Shown: piece by piece, positions 12,518 to 26,031 of the stretch
Layout: every line of letters starts with the position of its first letter
How positions within the stretch are numbered: the stretch's first letter is position 1
Assembly (NCBI RefSeq): GCF_018977255.1
Contig: NW_024704743.1
Coordinates: 71,798,001 to 71,862,000, forward strand
Origin: Callorhinchus milii
Lineage: Eukaryota
DNA length: 64,000 nt
Direction: 5' to 3'
Position numbers and translations under genes: made by a program
The notes under the pieces: generated by a model
What the model saw: only the letters and a program-made list of their open reading frames with translations
Databases searched by the model: none
What the model was told of the DNA's origin: nothing

Positions 12518-14399
12518 GTGAGTGCACAGCACCAGCCAAAGAAGGTAGAATGCTGGAAAGATGATCATATTGTCCTCCAATTTGTTCAATAATTCATCGA
12601 TGTTCTCATGCACAAAAATCAAAGTCTGTAAGCGTCTAAGTTTCTGCGGTAACATTTCTGGGCTTAATCTTTGCAATTCAAACTCACATGTAAATGTATA
12701 TCAGTTATGAAAATTGACCCACAGCTGATAACATGATTCAGCTCTGAATGTTCCAAATTGGTACACAACATCTTATTAAATATGAATTGTAGATCAAATC
12801 ATCCTCCTAAAATATTTAATAATTTAATGTGAGAATGAACATTGTTCGAGATGATCATCTGTATAAGTATCTGTTCTGATTATTTATTAGGAGAATGGAT
12901 AGTACACAAGGTTAGCACAGTGATCGTTCAACTGTGGAATCCAGGTTTGAGTCCAGCCCAGAACCTCTATGAAGTTGTGGTTTGTACAGCTTTCTGTGTC
13001 AAATGAAGATATCCATCATCCTGCAGAACAAATCTACCTAAATTTAGTACTTTGTAAACTAAATAGTGAAGCTCACTCTGAAAGGTCTCAAGGATGGCTA
13101 GTGTGGGAAATAGATGTAGTGTGGGGATTGCTGTTCTATACTTAGGGTTGAAGGCATATTGCTGAGGACTAGGAGAGACAATTTTACCTGTATTGTAACA
13201 TACAGGAATGACATGGGAATGCTCTATACAAATATTAGGTGGCAAAATGCGGAAATGTTTCAAGCCCCAGCAATGACTTCTCTCTTTTTGATGGGTATAA
13301 AATTTACAACAAAAGAATGCTGACGGTCTCACCAACTGAGAGGTTGCCTCACACTTGTGATGGTTGATTTCCACCTAGTGTTTGTAAAGCAGGTTTTCAG
13401 TCACTCTACTAATGCTTAGCATTATCCAGGTCTTGCATTCAAAACCTATACTCCATGTGCTGAGCACAAATTCATAACCTGAGTCACCGAATCACTGTTT
13501 CCACTAAGGCTTTGGCTTTTCCACACTTAGTAGGGGATTAACTATTGTATTCTAATCTTAGATAAAACCTTAATTCGGCTACAAATACACAATCATTACA
13601 CATTACAGTACAGCTGGTAAAACACTTAGATACATTTTGAAGACGTGATCAGGTTAAATATCAAACGAAAGGATCATTATTGTATCCATTTATTGGTTTA
13701 CACTCATTCTTACTTAATTACAGCCAAACGTTCAGTATTCATCACAGCATAGATCACAATAATCTGGAGTCTCCAAATTATTAACAGTGAGATTACCATT
13801 GAACATGGAGCAAAACCCTCATTTTATTTAACCATGGAACATGCCCTGGGCTTCATTATTTCTGTGCTTTCATTCACTTTTGCTGACTACTCTCATGCTC
13901 CCTTTGTTTCTTTACCCTGCTCTCTGCTTGTTTTTCTCCACATTGCCATATGCCTCTGCCTCTACCTACCATGCAGACAAAGATGCCTTTTCCTGCCTTT
14001 GTCTACTCTCCTTTCTGCTGCCTTCTCTTTAATTGTTTCTCCTGGTCATTCATTTGCTGTTTCCCCTTTTCAGACAGTTTACCTCTTCCTTCAATTCGTA
14101 TTAATATTTATAAAGTGTTGTTTAATTCAAGAACAAATTAGATAGATTTCTGTTGGAAATAATATTTGGGTATACAATATATAGTTTTGGACACCACATG
14201 TCAGGTTGGTGGAAGGCGAACTGGATGGCCTTGGTCTTCTTTTGCCGAGCAAATTATGATGTTCTTACGTACTTTATGAAGTCTATTGTTTCATTTGATA
14301 TATCTCGATCCTCATTAGCAACTTACTCCGATATTACCATCCCACCAGAAGGATGGTGAGCTTCAATATGAGCCTAATTTGGGATTTTGAACCAACTCG

Positions 14400-14725
14400 A
14401 TCGTGAGAGAAGATGATTCAGTGGGGGCCTCTTTGACAGCTATAACAATTTGAATGGAGTTGGAACAATAAACCCTGAACAATACTTTGGGATGCACCAA
14501 GACTGTAGAACAAGAGGACATAGATTCAGAGTTGTAAAGGGCAATTTCTGGACAGATATCAGGAAAATATTCTTTACTCAGAGGATAATTAACACCTGGA
14601 ACAGGAAGAGTAGTTGTGGTCAGGATACTGGACATTTACAAAGCAGCTTGATGCTGTGATGAGAGGATGGTAGAGAAGCACAAGATCAGATGGGGCAAAA
14701 GATCATCTTTAACCATGATGTCCTC
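14400..14725 (+). mobile_element. CR1 3' end fragment
   Basis: RTRGHRFRVVKGNFWTDIRKIFFTQRIINTWN, a typical CR1 ORF2 C-terminus. Confidence 0.8.
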
Positions 14726-17042
14726 CCAGTGTCTAAGGTGCTATACAAATGTAATTTGTTGCTGTTATTCTATTTGTTGTGGTTCAACCAAACCCCTGTG
14801 ATTTTGGCAGTCAAATCACATTTTATAGGTCGATTAAAAAACAACTCTGAACATAAAAGTGGAAATTGCATTCAATAAAAATTCAGGGTTGTAAAAAACA
14901 ATTTGTTTTATAAATATTATTGCCAGACAGCATTGCAGATCTTAGACTTTTCTACTGTGAAATATTGAACTGATTATTGATGTTTTCTAACAATAAAGAG
15001 TTGCTGTAAATTAGGGTCAGATACGATATTGAGCATGATATCAGAGAAATTTCAAAACTATTGAAAACCTCTCCAGTTTCCTATTCTCACTACTGAAGAC
15101 AGCACTTTAGCAACAGGAGACAAACAGTGTTATTCTGCCTAGCTAACTCGGGCTTGCTTGCTCCATGACCCCACCCTATTTGCACCAGCAGAAGGCTAGT
15201 CTTTCTGATTCAGTGCCCCTAATTTCTGGAACTCCCTTTCTCTTCACCTCCATCTCATCCTCTCTCAATCGGTTTTCATGTCCTGTCTTAAAACCTGCCT
15301 CTTCAACAGCACTTATTCCCTCCTCTCCCCTGCTTGAATTCCATCCCCGTCAGTGTAAAGTCTTCAGTGGACCCTGGGAGAGAAGTTCTTTATTTTAAAA
15401 AAGAGCTCTAATCCAAAGTGTAATCTGACTATCAAATGGGAAAAATGCTTAAGAAAGATGGCAAGCCAGGTGCCAACCCGATCCATACCTACCAGCCTTC
15501 AAACATATCCTCCGATCTCTGTCTACAGAAATGCAAAATGACTGTTTCTTTATCCAATCTACTTCAGTGGTCTTTCGCCCACAAATATACAGTCAATTCA
15601 CTTTACAGCGTATTCTGTGAAGCGTATTGAGACATCGCGAAGATGTGAAAAGCGCTATATCAACTGCAAGGATTATTATTATTATTTCCTGGTAAATTGT
15701 TCCACACATCTTAGATCCTATGAGTAACAAAATTCTGTCTCAGTTCTGAATGGGTTCCTTGTGTCTCCTAGTGAGACAGTAGGTTTCCAGCAACTAAAAC
15801 TGAGTTTGTCATTCGGTCGCTGGTGCCATGGCTGCATGGACATGGAGTGGCTGGGAAATTCCAGGAATAGTACTCAGGGTCATGAGAATCAGCAGTAACC
15901 CAGCCCACTCTGAGAGTGGTCAAAGAGGGACAGCAGCTTTTTGATTAAAGGGGTGACCTTTGTTTGATTTTCTGAAAGTGTGCTACGCTTTAATATTAAT
16001 AATATTAAAAAATGTACTTTAATTGGAGGTTTTATATTTTATTCAGGATTTACAGCAATTATAACATAGTGTGAGTTGATGAGAAGCTCCATGCAGTGCT
16101 GAAAATTAAGTTGAGCTCTTATCATCTCTGGAACTTGCAGAGTTTCTCCCACAAAAAAACATAATACTTAGCAATTTAGTGCACGTGCAATTATCATGAG
16201 TTCATAATATATTACTTTGTAAATTGATTTTTTTTAAAAAAAGTTCATTTAATGGACACATCATTTGAACACAATCCAGGCCATTAACAAGGCTTGCTGC
16301 TTTGTTTGGTTTTTAGTACACAAAACATAAGAAAGTAGGGAATGAGAAAAGGCCATTTGACCCTTCCATTCCCTCCTCAGACAATGTACAATCTAACCTT
16401 ACTCTCCCTCCACCACAGCTAAACTGAGGGAGAAATCTTACCTGGATCTACATTTACTCTTATTTTCTTGACATTTCAGGACATACAGAATTTACCAATT
16501 GCTGAATTCAATCTTACTTGAAATGCTGTACACGGTCCAGCGCCTTGGGATGTCCTCCCGACTTGAAAGGCGTTATACAAATGTAATCTTGTTGTTGTTG
16601 TTTCTTTGAAACTGTCTTTCTGTGGTTCTTAAAAGAATTGATAGAAAATCAGCTTCAAAACTAACCCCATTATATTATTATTATAATTAGCATTTTGCAA
16701 GATGACCTGGACTGTGTTTATTTTGACCAATTATCTGTACTATTTGCTTATCTACAATGTGGCCAGTCCCAATTACTGCAGAAAATAATCTCTCTACTGT
16801 ACTTTGAAGTCAGAGTTGGCAAAACAATTGCTTTCTGAGCTTCTATGCAGATATGTGTGTACAATAAATGCATCAATAATTTATTATTTAAATTTCTTTA
16901 ATAGGGATTGGTTAAGTAATGCTTTAAACTTGGGTTCCATCAGCTTTAAAGATTTGTCTTTTTGTTCTTATGATAATGTTAAAATATGGATGATTGGCCT
17001 TTTTAAATAAAATGACTTAAACACTTGTCTGTTTATTTTCAG

Positions 17043-17259
17043 TTACTTTAAGGAACTTAGGAATATTGTTCTGCAGTTTATCCCAGAGATAATTTTCTTG
17101 ACTGCTCTGTTTGGCTACTTGGTCTTCTTGATCATCTACAAGTGGTGCAGGTTCACAGTGTCAGAGTCTGAGACTGCTCCCAGCATCCTTGTGCACTTCA
17201 TCAATATGTTGATGTTTAACTACAGTGGGCCAGAAAATACACGTTTCTATTGTAGGCAG
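17043..17259 (+). CDS. ATP6V0A4: V-ATPase a4 exon
   Basis: ttttcag| ... |gtgagt; 217 bp; YFKELRNIVLQFIPEIIFLTALFGYLVFLIIYKWCRFTVSESETAPSILVHFINMLMFNYSGPENTRFYCRQ. LQFIPE, KWC and FNYS are a4-like. Confidence 0.93.
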
Positions 17260-18353
17260 GTGAGTACTTTATAAAATTAAACGTTTTACCAGTATCACCA
17301 GTAACTATAATAATATCAGTAATTCAGAAGATCACAAGAGATGTTTGGATGAAGAAAGCCCTTCAGCCAAATTGATCTCATTTTTACTGAATACACATCC
17401 TACCATTTTCCCTTTATAGCATCTAACTGTTTTTAAATGAGCCTGGCATCCTGACCTCAAACATTCTTCGTGGTAACCTGTTCCAATTGTTAATCACCCT
17501 CTGGGTAAACAAATACTTCCCATGTCTGTCCTGAATTTGCCCTTTACTAGCAAGAGAGATGAACTGTAATGTGCCAAATAGTCTTTTCTTATCTTAGACT
17601 TCTTATAAACATTTTAGCATTCCAAGATACTATAATGCACGAAGAGCACTAGATAAATGCCAATTGTGTTGTTCCACTATACAGATTTATTATTGTGAAC
17701 TAAAATAATACAGTATGTTTTAACGATACCAATAATTATTAACAATTTTATTGTCTAGACTTTAGCACGAGAAATACAGTAGCACTTTTGTAATGTTCTG
17801 ATAACGCTAACAAGTTATTAAACTTACTGTAAAGGGTTCAATATTACTACTAAAGTAACATCTTACATTGGGCTCTAAAACATGGTGATTTCCAACAGGC
17901 TATTGGACTGCAGTTGGAAGGGGATTTGCAACCAAGTTCACTCCTCTCCTTACCTGAAGTCTACATATTAGCACCTTCCATTAATCCATTGGGACAAGAG
18001 TATATAGATTCAGGGTTATATGAGTTATAAGGATTATAAGAGTAACTGTAGGATAGGTACCGCACAGTAATTCTTTACACAGGGAGTAATCTGGAATTGG
18101 ATACGAAGATGTGTGGTGGACGGCAGCTGGTTACTAGAATTCTTTAAGAACTAGCGTGATTCTGTAATAGGAAGATTAGGTATTCAGGGAGAGATCAAAT
18201 GGGCAGAAGGACTTTTTTCATTGTTATTCATAAGGAAATAAAGATGGTACACATTTAAGTTGAGATTGTTGACCATATGTTTGTATATTATTTTGTCGTG
18301 TAAAAATAATTTTGTAGATTTCAGAAATATTGTAAGTTTCTCTTTTCCTCTAG

Positions 18354-18461
18354 AGGAGTCTTCAGACCTTTTTAGTTATTATTGCCCTGCTGACAGTTCC
18401 TTGGATGCTGCTCATTAAACCCTATCTGCTGTACAGTCACCACCAAAGAGCACAGCGTGTG
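18354..18461 (+). CDS. ATP6V0A4: V-ATPase a4 exon
   Basis: cctctag| ... |gtaagg; 108 bp; RSLQTFLVIIALLTVPWMLLIKPYLLYSHHQRAQRV (VPWMLLIKP motif). Confidence 0.92.
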
Positions 18462-18814
18462 GTAAGGACATGTGTATGAACTGGCACCCTCCTAATTACA
18501 TTGTAATATTATGATACATGGGAGTCAAATTGTTTGCTACCTTTAGCACCCAGTTACTTCTTTCCTCATAACCAGTTCAGTAAAGAAAGATATGTGTTCT
18601 GTAATTATTGAAGCAAAGCTATTCTAGACTGAAATTAATTGGCAAATGGATTGTCAGTACCTCAGTAGCACAATTAAATAGTAGATATAGATAGAATAGT
18701 AGATATGTTAGAGAGCCGCACTACATGACCAAGAAATGTTGCTGTTTGTATTGTCAGAGGTTTATTAAGGTTATTACGTTAATCTGTTTTAAAATTTAAA
18801 CCCATGTTGTTCAG

Positions 18815-18940
18815 AAGTTGAATGGGCCTGCGATCAAGATACCCCTGTGTGGCAACTCAGAATTTTCAGTTCTACAGTCTGAGCAGAGTGGGCGAAATAT
18901 TAATGGATTAGGAAGCTCAGGTCACTGGGAGGAAGAAAAG
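18815..18940 (+). CDS. ATP6V0A4: V-ATPase a4 exon (variable cytosolic loop)
   Basis: gttcag| ... |gtaacg; 126 bp, phase 0/0, open frame KLNGPAIKIPLCGNSEFSVLQSEQSGRNINGLGSSGHWEEEK. Position, length and acidic end fit the poorly conserved loop exon; no sequence motif confirms it. Confidence 0.72.
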
Positions 18941-19386
18941 GTAACGCAAGTTTGGAAAGATAAAGTGAGGTGCTGTTATAGATCTACAGTACCTTTATTT
19001 AAGCACCAGGCAGAATCTAGCTGTAGGAAGCTCAGCTTTTAAATCATCCACGAGTGTCTCCCCTCTCCACTTTTCACATGAAACACTACTTTCAACGTCT
19101 TCTAGAATTGCACAGCATGTCATATGCAATAGTAAGTGACACAGACACAATGAGCCAAATGGCCTCTTCTGCTGTGCTGAAAATTGTTATTTCCACGTAA
19201 CCTACTCTGAACATTCTAGCTGCTCTAGACGTGGATGTGTAATAATAACATTAGCCTCTGTATATTCACAGAAATCAGGGACCAGCTATAAAATTCTGTA
19301 AAGCTTCCGTGTTACTTTATTGGTGTATTAAAGTGATTCATAGATCAGGTTTACGTAATAAATTGTTTTTCTTGCATTTAATTCAG

Positions 19387-19507
19387 CAATTCAGCTTTGG
19401 CGATACCTTTGTCCAACAGTCTATCCATACTATTGAGTACTGTCTGGGCTGTGTGTCTAATACTGCCTCATACCTTCGCTTATGGGCCCTCAGTCTGGCT
19501 CATGCAG
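19387..19507 (+). CDS. ATP6V0A4: V-ATPase a4 exon containing the essential proton-translocation arginine
   Basis: attcag| ... |gtgaat; 121 bp; [48 protein letters not shown] carries the equivalent of yeast Vph1 R735. Confidence 0.95.
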
Positions 19508-20224
19508 GTGAATATTGATACAGAAAGCTTCTAGTTACATACTGTAGTACTTTTACTGTAGCATTTCTACTGATAATAGTTATAGACTAGAGTTCTTTTT
19601 ACTGATAATGGTTATACACTAGCATTTTTACTGTAGTGTTTTACTGATAATAATTACATCCTGTAGTGTTAATGTAAGTAAGTCCTGTTTGCTATTAATG
19701 GTTGCATAATCTAAATCAAAGGCAAGGATTATAATTACCATAACTGCTGAACCTTCACTGTTAATAGTTACATACAAAATATAGTCAATCACCTCCAAAG
19801 TACACAGTGATTACATTTTGCAGTGGATTCTGTGAAGTGCTTTGAGAAGTCACTCTGACGTGACAGGCGCTAGCTCAAATGTAAGGTTATTTTGAGCTGT
19901 GAGATTGGGCTAAACTGCTCTGTCATGGCCCTTTTACATGTGTACATTCCTCTTGGCAATGAGATAAGGTATTGCAAAGCTGACAATCCAATTTCAAGTG
20001 GCTCAGTGCAAACTGATCCAGCCTCTCCTAGAGGTAGATGTGGAGCTTGACCAATGCTGACTCTCCCACTGTTTGCTATCAGTAGTGTTAACAAGCATGG
20101 TAACTGTTACACATGCCTCCCTTGCTGATCTGGAAACTAGATACCATGCCTCGGGAAATTACATGGCACTTTACCTTCTTATCTGCTATTCTGAGCCAAT
20201 GCTAATGGACGTTTATTTTTCTAG

Positions 20225-20396
20225 AACTTTCTGAGGTGTTGTGGCACATGATCCTACATAATGGCTTCACTACAAATCATGGTCTAGGTTCAATTGGGCT
20301 CGCTATCATTTTTGCTGTTTTTGCTACTCTCACTGTGGCAATTCTACTGATCATGGAAGGTCTCTCTGCATTTCTACATGCCCTACGCCTACACTG
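20225..20396 (+). CDS. ATP6V0A4: V-ATPase a4 exon
   Basis: ttctag| ... |gtgagt; 172 bp; (E)[56 protein letters not shown](W). Confidence 0.95.
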
Positions 20397-20739
20397 GTGA
20401 GTGCACAGGGACAGGTGACCAAGGAAACCATGTGATTCGGCACAACAAAGTTAACTTGTCATTGTAGCTTCTTATTAGTACAGTATTTCGATTCATATTT
20501 ACTGATATGATTAATTATCACCAAATAGCTGATTTTATTGACATATACTGTTTATTGCATTTACTAATCCATTCCTATTAATCCATGGTGACCTATCAGA
20601 CAAAGATAACACACAGCTGAGGGTACTGTCTACAGTGACATTGGTGCACCAGCACATAAGCTGGTAGATCCACAGTACACCTTGGCACTATTGATGCTTT
20701 GGAGGAGTATATGTCACTGGGGTATAATATAATATAAGA

Positions 20740-21902
20740 GAAAATTATATTTGGATAGTGCCTTTCACGTCGGGAGGACGTCCCAAGGCGCTGGACAGTC
20801 AGGAATTTGGACCCGAACTGGGGGTCAGGACCGGGGAGGATGGAGGGCAGGGAGGATAGGAAGGTGGCTGAAGGCTCAGTCGAAGAGGAGAGTTTTAAAA
20901 TGCGCCTTGAAGGAGGCAAGTGAGGGAACAGGGTGAAGGGAATGTGGGATGGATTTCCATAGGGGGGGGCAGAGAAGCTGAAGGCCCAGCCGCTGATGGT
21001 GTAGCGGGCCGGGTGGGGGACTTGGAGCAGCCCAGAGCCTGCTGAGCAGAGGGAGTGGACAGGTTGATATGGCGTCAGCAAGTTACAGAGGTAGGAAGGA
21101 GCAAGGCCGTGGAGGGCCTTGAAGGTGAGGATAACGATTTTGAACTCTGTCCTCTGGGGATGAGGAGCCAGTGGAGCCAGGTGAGGATGGCAGTGATGGG
21201 GTCTCAGAGCCTGGTGTGGGAGAGGACATACGTTGCAGAGTTCTGGATTATCTGCAGCTTGTGGATCGAAGGGTTGGAAAGGCCAATAAGCAGCGAGTTG
21301 GTGTAGTCAAGCCTAGATGTAATGAAGGATGAGGGTTTTGGTGGCCTGAGGGTTGAGGCAGTGGCAGTGCCGGACAATGTTGCGGAGGCGGGGGAAGGCA
21401 GGACGAGTTATGGCACGGATGTGGTGTAGAAAGGATAGTTGAGGGTCAAACAAGATGCCAAGGTTCCAGACTGGCTCAGTGAGGTGGAGTGTGCATCCGT
21501 GGATGGTGATGCCTGAGCTGTGGAGGCACTGATGGGAGCCAATCAGGAGAGCCTCGGTCTTGTTGACATTCAACTGTAGAAAGTTAGCTCTCATTCAGGT
21601 CTTGATGTCTGACAGACATTCTGAAGTCCTGGAGTCCAAGGTGGAGGCAGTGAGATAGAGTTGGGTTGGTCATCCGCATACATGTGGAAGTTGACCCCAT
21701 GTCTGTAGATGATGTTACCGAGAGGGAGCAAATATATATTGAAGAGGAGGGAACCACGGATAGAGCCCTGAGGAACGCCGCACAAGATGGTGCGGGGGCT
21801 AGAGGAGAAGCTGTTTGTGGCGATGAAGTAGAGACGGTATGAGAGGTAGGATTTGAACCACTAAAGGACAAAACCATGAAGATTGAGGTGAGAGGAGAGG
21901 CT
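20740..21902 (-). mobile_element. L2-clade LINE 3' fragment (decayed RT)
   Basis: GVPQGSIRGSLLFNIYLLPLG...HMYADD...NFLQLNVNKTEALLIG, with frameshifts; 3' tail GACGTGAAAGGCACTAT. Confidence 0.9.
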
Positions 21903-24900
21903 CCTGCTAACCCTTCAAGTCAACACCCTAATGGAAAGGAGGGTTCTTGTTAGATCCCCTACCCCAGCAGTGCCTTGTACATTTGCGACCCTAATGCCTT
22001 GGATTCTAGCAACCTCGCCTGTGCTCTATTGCTCTGCTGTGTGTATGTATGCGTGATGGGCGGGAGGGGGTGGTGGGGGAGAAAACGCATGTTCCAGAAT
22101 TGGCAAGCTGTGAGTAATCACACTGCCATGAGTTTCCAATAGTTAGAACTGGGGATTCTTAAGTAATAATAAGTAATCTGGGTGTCAAGAGTCCCAGGTT
22201 GCAAAAGAAAGCATCTTACAAATTAAATGTAAATAAACCCTGAGGCTCAAAAGCCTTAAGACCATTATCCTATAAATATATAAAATATCTATATCAAATG
22301 TAATATTTAATAAGCTATATCAAATGTAAGGATTATTATTAAGTAGAAGTTCATGCTGAATTTGAGGAATTATTAAATTGAATTTTAACTGAGAAGCTGG
22401 TAAGATCTGCAGACCAACAAGCTTCCAAATTTAGGCCGAATTAAGCATTTCTCAAAATTCTGCAAAAGCTTTTAAGAAAGTGGTTTTAAGGCGATTAATT
22501 ATTTCAGGCCCCTAGCCTTAATGAAAGGCTTAGAGTCAAAACAGGCAGTTTTTTTCCAATTCATAAATGTATATGTGCATGAATACTTTATTTGACAAAT
22601 ATATTTTATTTTTATCACTAATAATAATAAAGGGCTTTTCACATGAAAACAAACATTTCAAAATGCTTTACAAAATATGATTGGCTAGAAAAGAAGTGAA
22701 TTTTGTTATACAGACAAATGTGGTGCCAGCAACATCCCATAAACAACAATTGAAATTATAATTGAGGCTGAGGAAAATGAAGGGAAAGAAGAGAAAATAT
22801 AAGTAAAAATGGTGAAAATTAAATGAACATATTTTAATGTGCATAATGGTTTTCAATGTAAAGAAAACTCCTCTCCTTAAAATACCATCTCCGTACATGA
22901 ATTACTTAAAATGATCTGTAACTGACAGGATTCCCAAACGTAAATTTCTTCCACTTTCATGCTGACTACATAGATATTGTTGCCAGGATTATTTAATTTG
23001 TCGTGTTTCTCCAAATTAATAACTGGGTGCAACATGTTACCAAGGCTGCTAGCCCACCAGTTCCAATAATTACATCTGCTCCACATTAGCCCATTAGATG
23101 TGATGAGCGTCAATGAAATACTGCATATTGTTTGGAACACCATGTGGATCAGACTTAAATAAGGTAGACAAGTACTGTCTGATCTGATAACCTTGAACTT
23201 CATGTTATATCTAAAATAGCCTTAAACTCACTACCCAGACATTTGCTCCTTTAGCTAGATTTGTGAGTTCAAAAGAAAAGAAACTGTTTCTGGGACACTG
23301 CGGTGCACAATTGGCTGCTGTGTTTTGCTCACAAAATACACAGTCAATTCACTTTGTAGTGTATTCTGTGAAGCACTTTGAGATGTCTCATGACTCGATA
23401 AGGTGCTATATCAAATAAAAGGATTATTATTATTAAATGTTTATCATGAAGTCTTTGCTTCGGTGCATTAGAGAGAACACAGAGCTGCTTTTTTGTGAAG
23501 AAGAAAGGATACATGTTAGAAGGAAACTTTGGGGCTTGAGTAAACAGCAGTTCTGACTAATTAGAAATGCCCTCCCTGACATTTACCACATGTTCAGTGA
23601 ACACTACAACAATTTCATCTCCGACCCTAACATTACCAGTCATTGCAACACTGACAGCATCAATTCATTTTCACACCACAGGCTTCTGTCAGTCACCTGA
23701 GGGGAATTTAATGTTTCTGCACAAAGTTGACAGGGTGCAATGATGTTGAGGAGATGACAAATGCTCTTAAGGAAGAGCGAGATGCAGACCAGGCTCCAAA
23801 CCACAAGAGGCACAGCATGCCCAAGCAACACTTTGATGGCATTGATGGATTCTCCTCGTTCATGAGCTGCCCTCACATTAAAATACAGTTACAGGACTTT
23901 GCACAGATTGAATGACCTACAGCAATTGCAGTCCCAACTTGTAGGTAATGCTAGAGATGACATTTTGCAGATGACTGCAAATTTTCCTACCTTAATATCT
24001 TTTCTTTTAGTTAATCATTATTTCCAACGTCATTTGAGGTAGAGGACCAGATAAACGGATGATTCCATTCTAATACATGGTTATAATCTGAATACACGGA
24101 TTCTTTCATTAGTGTATCAAACATCAGATACCACAGGTATAAGGAGCTCCAGGCTGATCCAAATCATTCCTTCTCATTTAAATGAATGACCTGTCCCTTT
24201 GGTACAGTTGTACAAAGTACACCATCAGTTTAACAGAGGATATGCACAGATCTGAAATTAAATGACCTATGTGTACTCAAGGTCATAAAGGATACAATTA
24301 TACTGAACTCCAATAATCAATATGTTAAAATGTGTCAAAAATTTGGAAAGCGCCATGGGCTCAACTTCAGAAATGGAAAAGTGAACAGATCTTTAGATTT
24401 AATTACTATGCCGAGAGTGGTGAATACATATAGAATAGTCTATCCAGATAGGGAGTAGAGGCAGATTGTGTCAGCAAATTTAAGATGAAATTAAATAACT
24501 ATTTGAAGATATCAATTGAAGGCTATAAGAAATAGATTAGCGCAGGATTGTTTACTCTGCAATGGTCTTTTCAGTTCTATACATTCTTACATAACAAGCA
24601 GAGTATTACATTCCACTCTGTTCAGGGAAGCTCATTCTAACGCAAACTGGTTGAGCTGAACGTTTCTGCGACATACAGCTCCAGAACTGTCCATCCTGTC
24701 CAACCGCTCTAAGATGAAGGGAACTACTCCAATTTATCTCTACAGCACATCATGGAAATAACCTCATGCAGCAAAAGGATTGAGTATTGTGTTAAACTAG
24801 GATTCCTCACTGTCAGGAAATGGCTGTGTTATAATTGTGTTTATTCTTTCTATTTCTAGTGGGAGTATTTTGAATACAAAGTACTCTCGTTACCCTTTAA

Positions 24901-24989
24901 TACCGTATTCACTATGCACTCAGCTGTTCAATGTGTTTTGCATGTCATTTTCCTTTAGTGGATTTATACCAAATGTTCNTTTTTTTCAG

Positions 24990-25084
24990 GGTGGAATTTC
25001 AGAACAAGTTTTACAAAGGAGCAGGTTATAAATTTACCCCCTTCTCATTCATTGAAATCTTATGTNAAAAAAATTGAAGATTAA
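24990..25084 (+). CDS. ATP6V0A4: V-ATPase a4 terminal coding exon
   Basis: ttttcag|G GTG GAA TTT CAG...; VEFQNKFYKGAGYKFTPFSFIEILC. An 'n' at 25066 makes the stop ambiguous: TGA 25075-25077 as written, or TAA 25082-25084 if the n is spurious. Confidence 0.9.
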
Positions 25085-25829
25085 TGAGAACATTATCTGA
25101 CAGATATTCTTAGTTATACTTAAACACTGAAATGACATGAAAGAAGGTAGGTTAGTCCAGCATTCACTAATATAGTGATATACTAGATAGGTAAGTCACA
25201 GTTAAACTATTGTAACAGAAAAAACTGTGGTGACATTCATTTAATCAATGAAAAATGTTATGTAGTCAAATATATTAAAATGAAATTGTTTAGTGTAACC
25301 AGTAAAATTTGTCGAACTATTCTTACAAAATAATAATAATCCTTGTATTTGATATTACGCTTTATCACATTGTTGAGACATCTCAAAGCACTTCACAGAT
25401 ATACTGTAAAGTGGATTGACTGTTTATTTTGTGGGTGAAAAAGTATTTGTGTCATGTATCATACCCCTATAAACAAATTAAATATGAACAGCTTAATAAG
25501 TGACTGAGTGCTTATTCTAAACCAGTCTGTGTATTTTTCTTATGGAGCCAGAAAATTTTCATACAAACTAAGTTTCGCATGATCTAAGAATGCTTGACAC
25601 TGACACTGGGTTTAAAAATAGGTAGAAAACGCTTAATTTCCCAAGTTTGACATCCCTCACCTTAATGAGCACAAATTTACTCTAATAAGAAAAAACATAG
25701 CTTGCAAGACACAGCATGCATTTTTATCTTATTAAGCACTTTGATGTAAATATTTTCAAATGTAGTGATTGATTCTGTAGATTAATATAACAGCCATTTT
25801 GTGCGCAACAAGGTCCAATTAATCTGGAA

Positions 25830-26031
25830 AAAACAAAATGCTGAAGATGCTGGAAACAAAAACATAAGTCGCTGGGAACACTCAGCAGGTGAGGCAGCAT
25901 CTATGGGGAAAGGAAAGTGAGTCAATGTTTCAGGTCCACAACCCTTCGTCAGAACTAGAGCATGTTGGGAGGGAGAGACTTTTAAGGGCTAACAAAAAGC
26001 CTTTAAAAGCCCTTTTGTTAGCCCTTTAAAG
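25830..26031 (-). mobile_element. Second Penelope-like terminal-repeat fragment with hammerhead core
   Basis: Close match to 9230-9355; the - strand reads AGTT-CTGACGA-AGGGTTGTGGACCT-GAAA-CATT-GACT; ends in a short inverted repeat at 25981-26030. Confidence 0.72.

Noticed and set aside
23640..23915. ORFs on both strands, one with a hydrophobic GPCR-TM-like stretch
   Set aside because: Short, bounded by stops, no partner exons or diagnostic motif.
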